From positions 1 through 35,610 of IMG/VR virus record IMGVR_UViG_3300028586_000740: a stretch of 35,610 nt of DNA; one strand, written 5' to 3'. Of this stretch, positions 18,377-26,554 are shown in pieces (within the stretch, counting starts at the first letter, position 1; the number at the start of each line of letters is the position of its first letter). The position numbers were made by a program, and so were the translations under genes. This DNA comes from a virus. Lineage: Duplodnaviria > Caudoviricetes. A model generated the notes under the pieces. That model was not told the DNA's origin. It was given only the letters and a program-made list of their open reading frames with translations, and searched no databases.

Positions 18377-19099
18377 TTATTCGATGCCGTTGCCAGCGTT
18401 CTCTTTGGCCTGGACCTTGGCCAGTGCCCTGCGGCAGTCATTCAGGCGCGTCCCTACGCCGATGCTTTCGTAAAGCGCTTCTGCCCGTTCGAAGTGAGCA
18501 ATTGCGACTGGCCAGTCCTGGCGGTTCAGCGCAATCAGTCCCAGCAACTTGTGGTAGCGAGCCGGAATGCGCTCGAAGAGCTGCCATTCCCCATCCACGC
18601 GGGGCAACAGGTTGGAAACGTAGGGCTCCGGGCTGCGCCTGGCCTTGAATTCAGCCTCGGCCCAGTCGATCACCTCGTCAGCAACGAACGTCGGGATATC
18701 GCGGTTGAAACGCTCAGGCAGCGCCTGGCCCTGGGACATGGCGAAGTCGGCCAACTCCAGGCCCTGGGTGAACTGCTCGGTGTCGAACAGCCAGATCAGG
18801 ACGTACACCAGCACCGTGTTTTGGAAATTCAATTCCGAATCGCGGTAACGCTGTACGTATTCCAGGTACTTGGGCAGCAGCTCTTCGCGCTTGAGGGTCT
18901 GCCGTTGTTCGCGGCTGTTGATTGCGCTGATGCGCTCCAGGTCGCCCGCTAGGGCGTCCTCCATCAACTTCAAGTGCTTGCGGGCATTGGCAGGACTGGA
19001 CAGCGCGGTGTCAGCCGAGTAAGCCATGGGGGCACCGGCGCTCGCGGCCGCTGGGCCTTCGGCGATCACGCGGCGTTTGTGCGCCAGTGCCAAGCTCAT
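18377..19099 (-). CDS. Terminase small subunit (gpM)
   Basis: LLPKY, VLIWLFD, QGQALPERF and IGV motifs; follows the capsid gene. Confidence 0.88.
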   Translation of the reverse strand: MSLALAHKRRVIAEGPAAASAGAPMAYSADTALSSPANARKHLKLMEDALAGDLERISAINSREQRQTLKREELLPKYLEYVQRYRDSELNFQNTVLVYVLIWLFDTEQFTQGLELADFAMSQGQALPERFNRDIPTFVADEVIDWAEAEFKARRSPEPYVSNLLPRVDGEWQLFERIPARYHKLLGLIALNRQDWPVAIAHFERAEALYESIGVGTRLNDCRRALAKVQAKENAGNGIE

Positions 19100-20118
19100 G
19101 CTTTCACCACTGCAACGTTTTCAGCCATGGCGAACTTTTCCAGTTGCTCGATCACATAGCCTTCGTTGCGGCTGTTGTAGTCCTCGACGCGGGAGCGCTT
19201 CGGGTTATCAACGGTCTGCTTGCGCCAGCTGGAGTCCTGGAAGTAGATCGACAGGTTGTCGAGGCTGGTGACCACCACGGCGTTGACCGGAAAGAACGGC
19301 ACGCTGAAGCTCGGCAGGCCACCATAGGTTGCGATGACCTGAGCGTCTTCGATGCGTTCTTTTTCAGTCGGCACGTCGCCTTGTTTGGCGTACAGCTTCG
19401 CCTTGTCAGCGGCCAGCAGGTCGCTGCCGATGATTGCGATCAGATCGCCGCCATCACGGACACGCTCGTCAACCATCTGCCTGGTGTCGTGCACCAGGGC
19501 GTCGAGGTTGGCATAGTCGCCACCGTCGCCAAGACTGATCTTGCCTGCTTCCAGGCCCTGACTCAGCACCTGTTCCGGGACCTGCTCACGAGCGATCTGC
19601 AGCCAGCCCTTGTTCACGTCTTGCAGCATTGGGAAGGCTACGAGATCAGTTTGGACAGCAGCGTGTGTTCCGTGAAAACCCACCATCAAACGGTCAAGCG
19701 CGATCTGCTTTTGCACAGCAGCGGAGTAACGCTGCTGGAAGTCCGGGAACTTGGCCCAGGCGTCGATCTTCGCGTAAGGCAGGCTGACGTCGGACTCGGT
19801 GGAAAACAGCTCGTATTGGCTGTCATCCAGCGCCGAACCGTCCTTGGCTTCGCGGTCGGTGGTCTTGGTGTTGGTGCGACCGGTCACAGGACCGGACACG
19901 CCGAGGAACACCTTTTGCCCCTTGATCTCGCTCACGGGGATGACGTTGATGCGCTGCAGGAAATCGGACTTGTGGGTGATCGCCTCGTTGAGTTCCTGGG
20001 CAATCGAAGGCTCGACGCTGAACGTCTTGCTGGCCAGCTCGACGCCGTAGGACTCAGCCAGGGAAACCTGCAGGGCCGCGAACATTTTCGCGCCGTAAGC
20101 GCTCAGTGACTGGGCCAT
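19096..20118 (-). CDS. Major capsid protein, P2 family (gpN)
   Basis: Start reassigned to ATG 20118; FSVEPS, LQDVNKGWLQ and NLSIYFQ...NEGYVIE motifs. Confidence 0.95.
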   Translation of the reverse strand: MAQSLSAYGAKMFAALQVSLAESYGVELASKTFSVEPSIAQELNEAITHKSDFLQRINVIPVSEIKGQKVFLGVSGPVTGRTNTKTTDREAKDGSALDDSQYELFSTESDVSLPYAKIDAWAKFPDFQQRYSAAVQKQIALDRLMVGFHGTHAAVQTDLVAFPMLQDVNKGWLQIAREQVPEQVLSQGLEAGKISLGDGGDYANLDALVHDTRQMVDERVRDGGDLIAIIGSDLLAADKAKLYAKQGDVPTEKERIEDAQVIATYGGLPSFSVPFFPVNAVVVTSLDNLSIYFQDSSWRKQTVDNPKRSRVEDYNSRNEGYVIEQLEKFAMAENVAVVKA

Positions 20119-20119
20119 G

Positions 20120-21043
20120 TCAGAGCACCCGCTTCGGTTTCGGGTCATTCGCACCGGTAGTGCGCGACAGATGGCGACCTTCTGGCTTGTCCACCAGTGC
20201 GGAGAATCGCGCCTCAAGTTTGGCGAGGCCGGCAATAACGGCAGCGTTGCTGGAGGCCTTGCGGCTCAACTGCTTCTCTTCTTCGGCGGTGGCCACGATG
20301 CCGTCGACGGCTGCCTGCACGTCATCGATCGGAGCCTGGTCAGGGGCTGGTGGGGCTTCTGCGAAGCTGTCGATCAGCGCCTGAATGCCGGCGGCAATGA
20401 TCAGTTGCTGTTCGATCAAGGCCTGCAGCGCTTTGGCTGTAGCTTCATCCATTGGGGGTTTGCTCTCGGTAGGGGTTTGCGGGGTGGTTTCGGCTGGCAC
20501 CTCTTCAATGCCAAAGCGTTTGAACAGGCCGGTGAACAGGTTGAACAGCTTGGCCACCTCGCCCTGCGGTTCCTCTTCACCGATCGTCCCGAACGGGACA
20601 GCCGCCGCGTAGTGCACGGGCTTGCCTGTCTTGCGGGAGAAATAGAGTTCCTGGGTGCCCAGGCTCGCCGGCTCGTCAGTGACGGCCAGCCCGGTCAGGT
20701 AGGCCCTGCCGGTGCCCGCAAAGTCGGGCATGATCTCGATACTGGTGAAGAGCTTTTCGCCCTGGTCGTTAAGCCACAGCAGCTTTTGGTTGGGCTTCAA
20801 CTGCGCTTCCAGCGCGACCTGGCCGGGGGCCAGGCCCTCGACATCTTCGATCAGGCGCACGGCAAACACGGTGCCGTAGGAGCCTGGCCAGCGTTCATGT
20901 TCAGCCCAGATGGTGGCCGTGTAGGTGGCGGTGCTGTACGTCTCGGCGATGTCGCGCAGTTCCTGGGGCGTAATGACGCGACCATCGACGGTAGGACCGC
21001 TGGTGGCGACGCGTTTCCAGAAGCTGACAAGGGAACGGGGCAT
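20120..21043 (-). CDS. Capsid scaffolding protein/protease (gpO)
   Basis: VATSGPTVDGRVI, KLFTSIEI and YLTGLAVTDEPASLGT motifs; start at 21043 or 21061. Confidence 0.93.
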   Translation of the reverse strand: MPRSLVSFWKRVATSGPTVDGRVITPQELRDIAETYSTATYTATIWAEHERWPGSYGTVFAVRLIEDVEGLAPGQVALEAQLKPNQKLLWLNDQGEKLFTSIEIMPDFAGTGRAYLTGLAVTDEPASLGTQELYFSRKTGKPVHYAAAVPFGTIGEEEPQGEVAKLFNLFTGLFKRFGIEEVPAETTPQTPTESKPPMDEATAKALQALIEQQLIIAAGIQALIDSFAEAPPAPDQAPIDDVQAAVDGIVATAEEEKQLSRKASSNAAVIAGLAKLEARFSALVDKPEGRHLSRTTGANDPKPKRVL

Positions 21044-21125
21044 GGGAGGAACTGCGCTCATCGGTTGGTTGAGGCCCCAAGATAGGGAGCCGCAACCCTT
21101 CCAACAAACGGTTTACTTTCGCGCT

Positions 21126-21181
21126 TCTCCTATATTCAACTTCTAGGAGAGACGCGGAATTTAACAGCACGTTTTCCGCGT
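21126..21181. promoter_or_regulatory. Divergent late-promoter region with two dyads
   Basis: TCTCCTA-N11-TAGGAGA (21126-21150) and ACGCGGAA-N14-TTCCGCGT (21152-21181) between the divergent O and P genes. Confidence 0.55.
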
Positions 21182-21204
21182 TTTCGCCGCATAGACTGCG
21201 GACC

Positions 21205-23454
21205 ATGTACTACTCAACCGAAGTCAAAGAAGCCGCCAAACGCTTGTTTCTACGCCGTCACAAGGCGAAGGAAATTCAGGCGCAACTCAACCTGCCCAAC
21301 ATCCGGATCGTCTACCACTGGATCCGCGTGGGTGGCTGGGAAGACATGCTGACGGATGAAGAGCCGCTGACTGCAGTCAGCCGGCGAATCACGCTGCTGC
21401 TTGAAAAGACAGAGAGCCTCAGCAAAAGCGATCTGGACGAGCTGGACCGGTTGACGACGGTTCGCGAGCGGCTGGCCAAGCAATGCGCAAAACCAGCTCC
21501 CGCACCGGCGCGTGATGAACAGAATGACGATGGCCATCGACGTGACGAGCAGCGCGGCGAACGTCGGGATCGCGTCAAGCGCGACGGCAAGAAGCGGGAA
21601 AAGAAGGTCAAGAACGACGTCAGCGAACTGACCGAAGTCGACTTTCTCGACAAGTTCATCAGCAAAATGTACGGCTACCAGAAAGAGCTGTTCGCTGCCA
21701 AACAGAACCCGCTGACCGCCAGGATCCGGAACATCCTCAAAAGCCGCCAGGTGGGCCTGACGTACTACTTCGCCGGCGAAGCCTTCATGGATGCGGTGCT
21801 GACCGGTGATAACCAAGTGTTCCTGTCGGCCAGCCGCGCCCAGTCCGAGATTTTCCGCAGCTACATCATCGCGTTTGCCCAGTCCTGGTTCGGCCTGGAG
21901 CTGACCGGCAACCCGATCGTGCTCAGCAAGGATGGCAAGCCGTGGGCCGAGCTGCGCTTTCTCAGCACCAACAGCAGCACCGCACAGGGTCACCATGGCC
22001 ATGTGTACGTCGACGAATATTTCTGGATCCGCGACTTCGAGAAACTGAACACCGTGGCCAGTGCCATGGCGACCCATAAGAAGTGGCGCAAAACCTACTT
22101 CTCAACGCCCAGCGCCGTCTCACACCAGGCCTATCCCTTCTGGCAGGGCGAGAAATTCCGCAACAGCAAGCGCAAGGCCGCGAAGGATCCCTGGCCGAGC
22201 GATAAGCAGATCTCAGCCGGCGCGCTGTGTCCGGACGGTCAATGGCGCAAGGTGATCACCATCCTGGACGCGATCGCCGGCGGCTGCGATCTGTTCGACC
22301 TTGAGCAGCTGCAGCTGGAGTACGACGACGACAAGTTCCAGCAACTGTTCATGTGCAAGTTCATCGACAGCAGCCAGAGCGCGTTTTCCCTGGCAGACCT
22401 AGAGCGCTGCTATTCCGATCTGTCGCTTTGGGCCGACTTCGATCCGGACGACCCGCGACCGTACGGCAACAGTCCAGTCTGGATCGGTTACGACCCGAGC
22501 CGGACCCGCGACGACGCCACCTGCGTGGTCATCGCACCGCCGCTGGAGCACGGTGGCAAGTTCCGGATCCTGGAGAAGCACAGCTGGCGTGGCCAGTCGT
22601 TCAAGTACCAGGCCGAGCAGGTCAAGAAGCTGACCGAGCGATTCAACGTCCAGCACATCGGTATCGATACGACCGGCATCGGCTATGGCGTTTTCGACCT
22701 GGTGCGCGACTTCTACCCGCGTGCGACCTCGATCCACTACAGCCTGGAGACCAAGAACCTGTTGGTGCTCAAGGCGCAGGACACCATCCAGGGCAGCCGC
22801 ATCGAGTGGGACGCCGGCTGGAACGATATCGCCCAGGCCTTCCTGACGATCAAGCGCGGCACGACCGCCAGCGGCCAGGTCACCTACAGCGCTTCGCGCA
22901 CAGACGCTACCGGCCACGCGGACGTGGCCTGGGCGGTCATGCACGCCCTGCAGTACGAACCCCTCAACACGGACAAAAAGCGGCGCAGTCGCTACGCACT
23001 CACTGGATCAACTTCCCATGGCAAAACCCAAAACCCTGCAGCAGGAAAAACCGACGCAACGGCCCATGCGAGCGTTCACATTCGGCGCGCCGGAATCGGT
23101 GCTGACCGACAACATCGCGCAGTACCTGGGCGTGTTCCCCAGCGACGACGGTCGTCTCTACACACCACCGGTTTCGCGCAGGGGCCTGGCAAGGCTGCTC
23201 AAGGCCAACGCGCACCACGGCGCGATACCAGGTTTCAAACGCAACCTGTTGCTGCGGGAGTTCATCCCTTCAGCAGGACTGACGGTGGCCGATATGAGTC
23301 GGGCTGCATTGGACTTCATGGTGTTTGGCGAAGCCTACTTCTACCGGGTACCAAATGCGTTCGGTCAGATCCTGGAGCTACTGCACCTGCCCGCCATCAA
23401 CATGCGCGTGAAGGTCGACGGCGGGTTCGCCCAGTTGGAGCAGAACGGGCGTGA
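21205..23454 (+). CDS. Terminase large (ATPase) subunit (gpP); the frame runs 437 nt into the portal gene
   Basis: N-terminal HTH, Walker A-like KSRQVG, Walker B VYVDE, nuclease motifs IGYDPS and GHAD. Confidence 0.93.
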   Translation: MYYSTEVKEAAKRLFLRRHKAKEIQAQLNLPNIRIVYHWIRVGGWEDMLTDEEPLTAVSRRITLLLEKTESLSKSDLDELDRLTTVRERLAKQCAKPAPAPARDEQNDDGHRRDEQRGERRDRVKRDGKKREKKVKNDVSELTEVDFLDKFISKMYGYQKELFAAKQNPLTARIRNILKSRQVGLTYYFAGEAFMDAVLTGDNQVFLSASRAQSEIFRSYIIAFAQSWFGLELTGNPIVLSKDGKPWAELRFLSTNSSTAQGHHGHVYVDEYFWIRDFEKLNTVASAMATHKKWRKTYFSTPSAVSHQAYPFWQGEKFRNSKRKAAKDPWPSDKQISAGALCPDGQWRKVITILDAIAGGCDLFDLEQLQLEYDDDKFQQLFMCKFIDSSQSAFSLADLERCYSDLSLWADFDPDDPRPYGNSPVWIGYDPSRTRDDATCVVIAPPLEHGGKFRILEKHSWRGQSFKYQAEQVKKLTERFNVQHIGIDTTGIGYGVFDLVRDFYPRATSIHYSLETKNLLVLKAQDTIQGSRIEWDAGWNDIAQAFLTIKRGTTASGQVTYSASRTDATGHADVAWAVMHALQYEPLNTDKKRRSRYALTGSTSHGKTQNPAAGKTDATAHASVHIRRAGIGADRQHRAVPGRVPQRRRSSLHTTGFAQGPGKAAQGQRAPRRDTRFQTQPVAAGVHPFSRTDGGRYESGCIGLHGVWRSLLLPGTKCVRSDPGATAPARHQHAREGRRRVRPVGAERA

Positions 23455-24037
23455 AACCGAGTTTGAAGCGCACGAGATCGAGCACGTCCTCAACTACGAC
23501 GTCGAGCAGAACATTTATGGCGTACCGGAGTACCTGGGCGGCCTGCAGGCGCTGCTACTCAACGAGGCCGCCACGCTGTTCCGTCGGCGCTACTACAGCA
23601 ACGGCGCGCACGCAGGCTACATCTTCTACACCAACGACCCGAACCTGACCGAGGAAGACGAGGACGAGCTGCGCGCCCAGATCACGGCCAGCAAGGGCGT
23701 GGGTAACTTCCGCTCGATGTTCGTCAACATTCCGGGTGGTGCAGAGAAGGCGATTCAGATCATCCCAGTCGGGGACTTTCAGGCCAAGGATGAGCTGGAG
23801 AAGGTCAAGAACATCACCCGCAATGACGTGATTGCGGCCTGGCGAATGAACCCGGCGCTGGCAGGGATCATTCCAGAAAACAGCGGCGGATTCGGCGACA
23901 TCGAGAAGATCGATCGCGTGTACACCAGTAATGAGATCAGACCGATCTGCCAGCTGTTTGATCAAGCCAACGCCTCGTTACGAGAGGACAGACGGTTCGG
24001 GTGGAAGCCGTTACTGGAAACATCTGTAACGGCCTGA
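23018..24037 (+). CDS. Portal protein (gpQ, PBSX family)
   Basis: QNIYGVPEY, LLNEAATLFRRRYYSNGAHAG and SKGVGNFRSMF motifs. Confidence 0.95.
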   Translation: MAKPKTLQQEKPTQRPMRAFTFGAPESVLTDNIAQYLGVFPSDDGRLYTPPVSRRGLARLLKANAHHGAIPGFKRNLLLREFIPSAGLTVADMSRAALDFMVFGEAYFYRVPNAFGQILELLHLPAINMRVKVDGGFAQLEQNGRETEFEAHEIEHVLNYDVEQNIYGVPEYLGGLQALLLNEAATLFRRRYYSNGAHAGYIFYTNDPNLTEEDEDELRAQITASKGVGNFRSMFVNIPGGAEKAIQIIPVGDFQAKDELEKVKNITRNDVIAAWRMNPALAGIIPENSGGFGDIEKIDRVYTSNEIRPICQLFDQANASLREDRRFGWKPLLETSVTA

Positions 24038-24114
24038 TTTGACCGAAGACACACATAGTGCCACCACTTATATGGCAAAATACTGGCTATAGGCTGGCCC
24101 TGGGGAGGGACGAC

Positions 24115-24375
24115 ATGCGGATTTATTGCACAACATGCGGGCACAAGGGACGGATTAGTTCGAGGGAGGAAGTGACCAGGGCTTACGTGAAACTCTACTG
24201 CCAGTGTCTGGACGCCAGTTGCGGCCACACTTGGGTGGCCAACCTTACTTTCTCACACACGCTTCGGCCATCTGGGCAGCAACTGGACGTGATGCTATTC
24301 GATCGGCTCAGGGATCTGGCGCCTGACAAGCAAAAGGAATTGTTTGAGCAGTTGGGACGGCAGGCAGTCGCTTGA
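24115..24375 (+). CDS. ogr: Ogr/Delta-like zinc-finger late activator
   Basis: CTTC...YCQCLDASCGHTW; GGAGG RBS before ATG 24115. Confidence 0.88.
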   Translation: MRIYCTTCGHKGRISSREEVTRAYVKLYCQCLDASCGHTWVANLTFSHTLRPSGQQLDVMLFDRLRDLAPDKQKELFEQLGRQAVA

Positions 24376-24443
24376 TGGACCACCGCCATAATGAGGGTGG
24401 CCCGTCGATATTCAGCGAAACCTGAATTCAGGAACAGATCAGC

Positions 24444-24623
24444 TCAGGCTTGTTCCTGTTCAAGGATCACAAGTCCAGAAGTCAGACGCACCAGCTGGCG
24501 TTGGTCACGCTCTGATATTCGCCGGTGGAGCTCTATCAGGACCCGCTCCTTAGGGCTAATTATCATCCACTCGTGTTCTTCGTCAGCGGCCCTACCACTT
24601 TCCATATCGACGAGATCTAACAT
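24444..24623 (-). CDS. 59-aa protein resembling the repressor C-terminal domain
   Basis: GGAG RBS; 9 of 30 ungapped identities to cI residues 84-113. Confidence 0.75.
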   Translation of the reverse strand: MLDLVDMESGRAADEEHEWMIISPKERVLIELHRRISERDQRQLVRLTSGLVILEQEQA

Positions 24624-24709
24624 GCAAACCACTCCATTCACTACATTCCGGAGCGGACGTAGACGCAACCTGCCGGCACAAGAATAGTGATGGACACACT
24701 TTTAAACGA

Positions 24710-25090
24710 TTACTTCAAACGCCCGGCATTGTCTCTTTCGGCAACAGCACCTAAAGCGTCAACCATGCGATGAACTGTTTCTTGGTCATGGGGAGGCAAA
24801 GCTCTGACGCGAGCGACTAGCGCTGCTTCGCTTTCGGATATATCCGCAATGCTGGGGACGCTTCTCACACCCGTAACGACATACAGCACATCAAGACCTA
24901 CACCGTGCAAGGCTTTCAGGTAACCAGTGTCTGGCCGTCGCTCATTACGTTCATAGCTTCCCTGCGTGTTCCGGGTCACACCGCCGATTTGGGCCATTTC
25001 CTCTTGTTTGAGGCCCAGCCTATTCCTTTCTTCACGCAAGCATTCGCCCGCGCTCAAATCCGAGAATTCTCCCGAAGACAAATTTTTCAA
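24710..25090 (-). CDS. XRE/Cro-CI HTH immunity repressor without a peptidase domain
   Basis: LREERNRLGLKQEEMAQIGGVTRNTQGSYERNERRP HTH; divergent from the cox-like gene; the TTG start is uncertain. Confidence 0.88.
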   Translation of the reverse strand: MKNLSSGEFSDLSAGECLREERNRLGLKQEEMAQIGGVTRNTQGSYERNERRPDTGYLKALHGVGLDVLYVVTGVRSVPSIADISESEAALVARVRALPPHDQETVHRMVDALGAVAERDNAGRLK

Positions 25091-25129
25091 GCATAGGACC
25101 CTTTACAAGACAAATAATCTGGTCATAAT
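25075..25129 (+). promoter_or_regulatory. Early (lytic) promoter and candidate operators
   Basis: TTTACA (25102-07) and CATAAT (25124-29) with a 16-nt spacer; AAGACAAAT repeated at 25075 and 25107. Confidence 0.55.
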
Positions 25130-25177
25130 CGGCGCTGTACGAACACCAACCCACACCAACGCACACGAGCCAACACT

Positions 25178-25378
25178 ATGCCCGTCACTCTCACACCCGA
25201 GCAAGCCCGTGAGTCCCTTGATCGTCGAGGCGAAAGTATTGCTGAGTTCAGCAGAAAGCATGAATTGAACAAAAACTTGGTTAGCGACCTTTTAAACGGT
25301 CGCAAAAAAGGTCGCCGAGGGGAGGCACATCGCGCAGCCGTTCTGCTGGGGATCAAAGACGGCGTGATTAAACAGTAA
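25178..25378 (+). CDS. Cro/Cox-like small DNA-binding protein (BcepMu gp16-like)
   Basis: GESIAEFSRKH...LLNGRKKGRRGEAHRAAVLLGIK. Confidence 0.85.
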   Translation: MPVTLTPEQARESLDRRGESIAEFSRKHELNKNLVSDLLNGRKKGRRGEAHRAAVLLGIKDGVIKQ

Positions 25379-25407
25379 TGGCGCAGACCAGCAGGGAAAA
25401 GCAGAAC

Positions 25408-25887
25408 ATGAAAAGTCCAGTTCTAAAAACACGCCGGGAAGTAGTCAGCGCAATTATCTGCAGTTATCCAGGTGGACGTGAATGCGCAGCCGCACGTATT
25501 GGTTTGGCACTGAAAAAGTTCGATAACCACGCATACGAAAACAACAACAGCAGACCCCTCAATGACGCCCAGTTGTTCCAGCTGGAGCAGGACGCTGGCA
25601 CTCAGCATCTGCCCAACTACGTGGCGTCAATGTATGGCGGTCTATTTGTCCCGGTGTCTGACCCTGAATCGCTCGATAACGTTGAGATGTACGCCCTCTC
25701 GATTCAAGCGGCGGCAAAGCGCGGGTGCGTCGACCAGGAGATAGCCAAGGCTCTTGCAGACGGGTGCATCAGCGCAGCGGAGGCCGAACACATCCTAAAC
25801 GCACACAACCTGCACATGGCGGCTCGACATGCCGAGGTGCTCGCAGCCATCGATCTGTACCGCGCAAAAACAGGGACCGAACAATGA
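25408..25887 (+). CDS. CII/YmfL-like phage regulatory protein
   Basis: YPGGRECAAARIG, GGLFVP and ALADGCISAAE motifs; alternative start at 25378. Confidence 0.75.
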   Translation: MKSPVLKTRREVVSAIICSYPGGRECAAARIGLALKKFDNHAYENNNSRPLNDAQLFQLEQDAGTQHLPNYVASMYGGLFVPVSDPESLDNVEMYALSIQAAAKRGCVDQEIAKALADGCISAAEAEHILNAHNLHMAARHAEVLAAIDLYRAKTGTEQ

Positions 25888-26246
25888 ACAACGTATCCGT
25901 CGAAAGGGATTATCAAGAAACCATCCGCGCCGCAGCTCAGGCGTTCATCGAGCGTCATCAAGGCGAACACCTCGGCGATCTCGGTCAGTTGCTTGGGCGA
26001 GCAATCGACCATCTGGTGGAAAGCCTCGAAGTCAAAGAGCCACTCGCGAATCACCTGGTGCATCAGGCATACAGCAACGTATTGGCGGTCATCGGTCGCC
26101 AGCGCATAGATCTGCAGGCAAGTGCAGAAATGTCGGTTGTGATCAGCGACCCTGTTCGGGGACTCGCCTGGTCAGTGCCTGTTCACCTGATCTATGAACA
26201 CCTGATTGCTGCCGGTCACGGCAAACCTATCTCCCCCGCTACCTAA
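25884..26246 (+). CDS. Hypothetical early protein
   Basis: ATGA overlap with the upstream gene; 120 aa. Confidence 0.7.
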   Translation: MNNVSVERDYQETIRAAAQAFIERHQGEHLGDLGQLLGRAIDHLVESLEVKEPLANHLVHQAYSNVLAVIGRQRIDLQASAEMSVVISDPVRGLAWSVPVHLIYEHLIAAGHGKPISPAT

Positions 26247-26317
26247 AACCACCCTAATTATTGCCTGCCCCACAGCCGTGGGTATGGGTGAGCTGCGCCC
26301 AAATTCGAGGTTTAACG

Positions 26318-26554
26318 ATGGCCAACGCCGTGATCGTCACCACCCAATTGCCGAAAGCCCAGGCAAAAGCACTGCTGGAATCCTTGCGTGAACAGTACCG
26401 CTTGAGGCTCAACGAATACTGGTATGACGATCAATACCGCTTCGTTGCGGACGGCCAACGTCATGGCGCAATTCTCGCCCGTGTCCCGGTAATGGCAGCA
26501 CAAGTACGCCTTATGGCAGCCCTGAGCCAAAGCCTCAAAGCAGTGAAAGATTAA
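26318..26554 (+). CDS. Hypothetical early protein
   Basis: GAGG RBS; TAATG overlap with the primase gene. Confidence 0.7.
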   Translation: MANAVIVTTQLPKAQAKALLESLREQYRLRLNEYWYDDQYRFVADGQRHGAILARVPVMAAQVRLMAALSQSLKAVKD

